Below are positions 62,776-64,000 of a stretch of 64,000 bases of DNA, in pieces. The notes under the pieces were generated by a model. That model saw only the letters and a program-made list of their open reading frames with translations, did not search any database and was not told where the DNA came from. Both the position numbers and the translations under genes were made by a program. This DNA is from Leucoraja ocellata. Taxonomy: Eukaryota. Every line of letters begins with the position of its first letter. Positions within the stretch are counted from its first letter, which is position 1. Where the stretch lies: assembly GCA_036785375.1 (NCBI GenBank), contig JAWMAR010000034.1, forward strand, positions 4,712,001 to 4,776,000. The letters run 5' to 3'.

Positions 62776-64000
62776 TCAAATAGATCAGTCAGCATTCTTC
62801 TCAACTCACTACAAACTAAATGTATGCTGCCTGTCTTCGTAATTTAATCCTTTAATCCTTAGAATTAATCGGAAGCATTGATTGCATCACCTCCATGTAC
62901 AGTGGCAATAGTTTGAGAAATAATTGTTCTTTAAATTGTTTAATTATTGTTATATAGAATGCTTGCTCAAAATTCTTCTCATTAATGTTTTTATCTTTAA
63001 TATTTTCATTACCGTGACAATTTTAGATGTTTTCAAATCGCTACCATCTTGCTGATGTTCATCTCAGCACTTGAAGATTTTGACTTTTCAAGTATTAGGA
63101 AATAATTCTGTTAACTGGGTAAAAGGAATCTCAAGCCCCTATTGAGTAACAGAAATTGTTTTGGTTGCCAAAATATCATTATAAATTAAGCTGTAATAAA
63201 TAAGATCAAGCACAGAAATTACATAACCACATATAATAGCACAGATTGTTCGTGCATAACATATTGAGAAGCAAAAGGAACTGTGAACTCAAAAATCCTT
63301 TCTTTTAGCAGAAGCATATTGGGTGTAGAAAGGGCTGCGTCTGGCTGTGGTTCATAAAAATGACTAATTGTTAACGGATTTAATGAGCTTCTTATCTCGC
63401 AGATTTGGATATTTTACACCACGCCTGTCTTACAATGGTTTCACTGTATCACAATACAGCCACTGCAGTTATCCCAATTACCTGAGGGAGTAGATTTCAG
63501 CTGAGGTCAAGTTCATGTACACCTATGTTCACTTTGGTTGCCATCGCTTTTGACCAGAAAGTCGTTCAAGTCATTTCTCATGAAAATGGAAAAGGAATAG
63601 ACAGTGTAACAGCTTACATTCTTACTTCACACTCCTACAGTTACAGATTCCACCACTGGTAGCCCATGTCTGTTTGAATGCTTACTTTATCCTCCTACAG
63701 TTACAAGTCTGATTGCCAACACTCATGTCTAGTTAAGTATTCTGTATCGGATTTCACTGTTAACCCCCGTGTTCATAGCTTGAGCACTGAAGTGTTTGTG
63801 GATAAAGACTTTGTGTGCTGCAAGAAGATCTGTTTTCAGATTTGAAGGAGCCTTACCAATAACTGACATGGGGAAATGTGCAACACACATCCATCTGAAC
63901 AGAATATACCTTAAGGAAGCATAGGATCAGGGAATAGTATCATGGGAAATGGAGCTCATTTGGGTTGAGGGGGAAACATAACTTGAATAAGGTAGCAGCA

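Overview
Vertebrate genomic DNA, most likely from a cartilaginous fish (skate or ray); this is inferred from its repeats (V-SINE/HE1-like, CR1/HER1-like tails, Rex1/Babar-like LINEs, Penelope-derived palindromes). Two + strand genes are present. The first is the 3' part of an unnamed TTC3/DZIP3/RBM44-like gene (exons ~163-266, 2544-3256, 5304-5430, 6536-6745) that stops without a RING finger. The second is SNX19 exons 1-8 (11889-28244), with a GC-AG first intron; no exon 9 was found, so 28245-64000 is probably intron 8. Main observations: (1) a ~131-bp, TSD-bounded, (GAA)n-tailed short retroelement (8081-8211, -) that starts exactly at G1 of a minimal CPEB3/HDV-like ribozyme fold; (2) a foldback MITE nested in a related foldback element just upstream of SNX19, carrying ETS/GABP and CLEAR-like motifs; (3) a HERO-like RLE retrotransposon in permuted order (3' half before 5' half); (4) many Penelope-type minimal hammerhead motifs; (5) a possible decayed LRR pseudogene. 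All calls were made by eye, and repeat boundaries are approximate.
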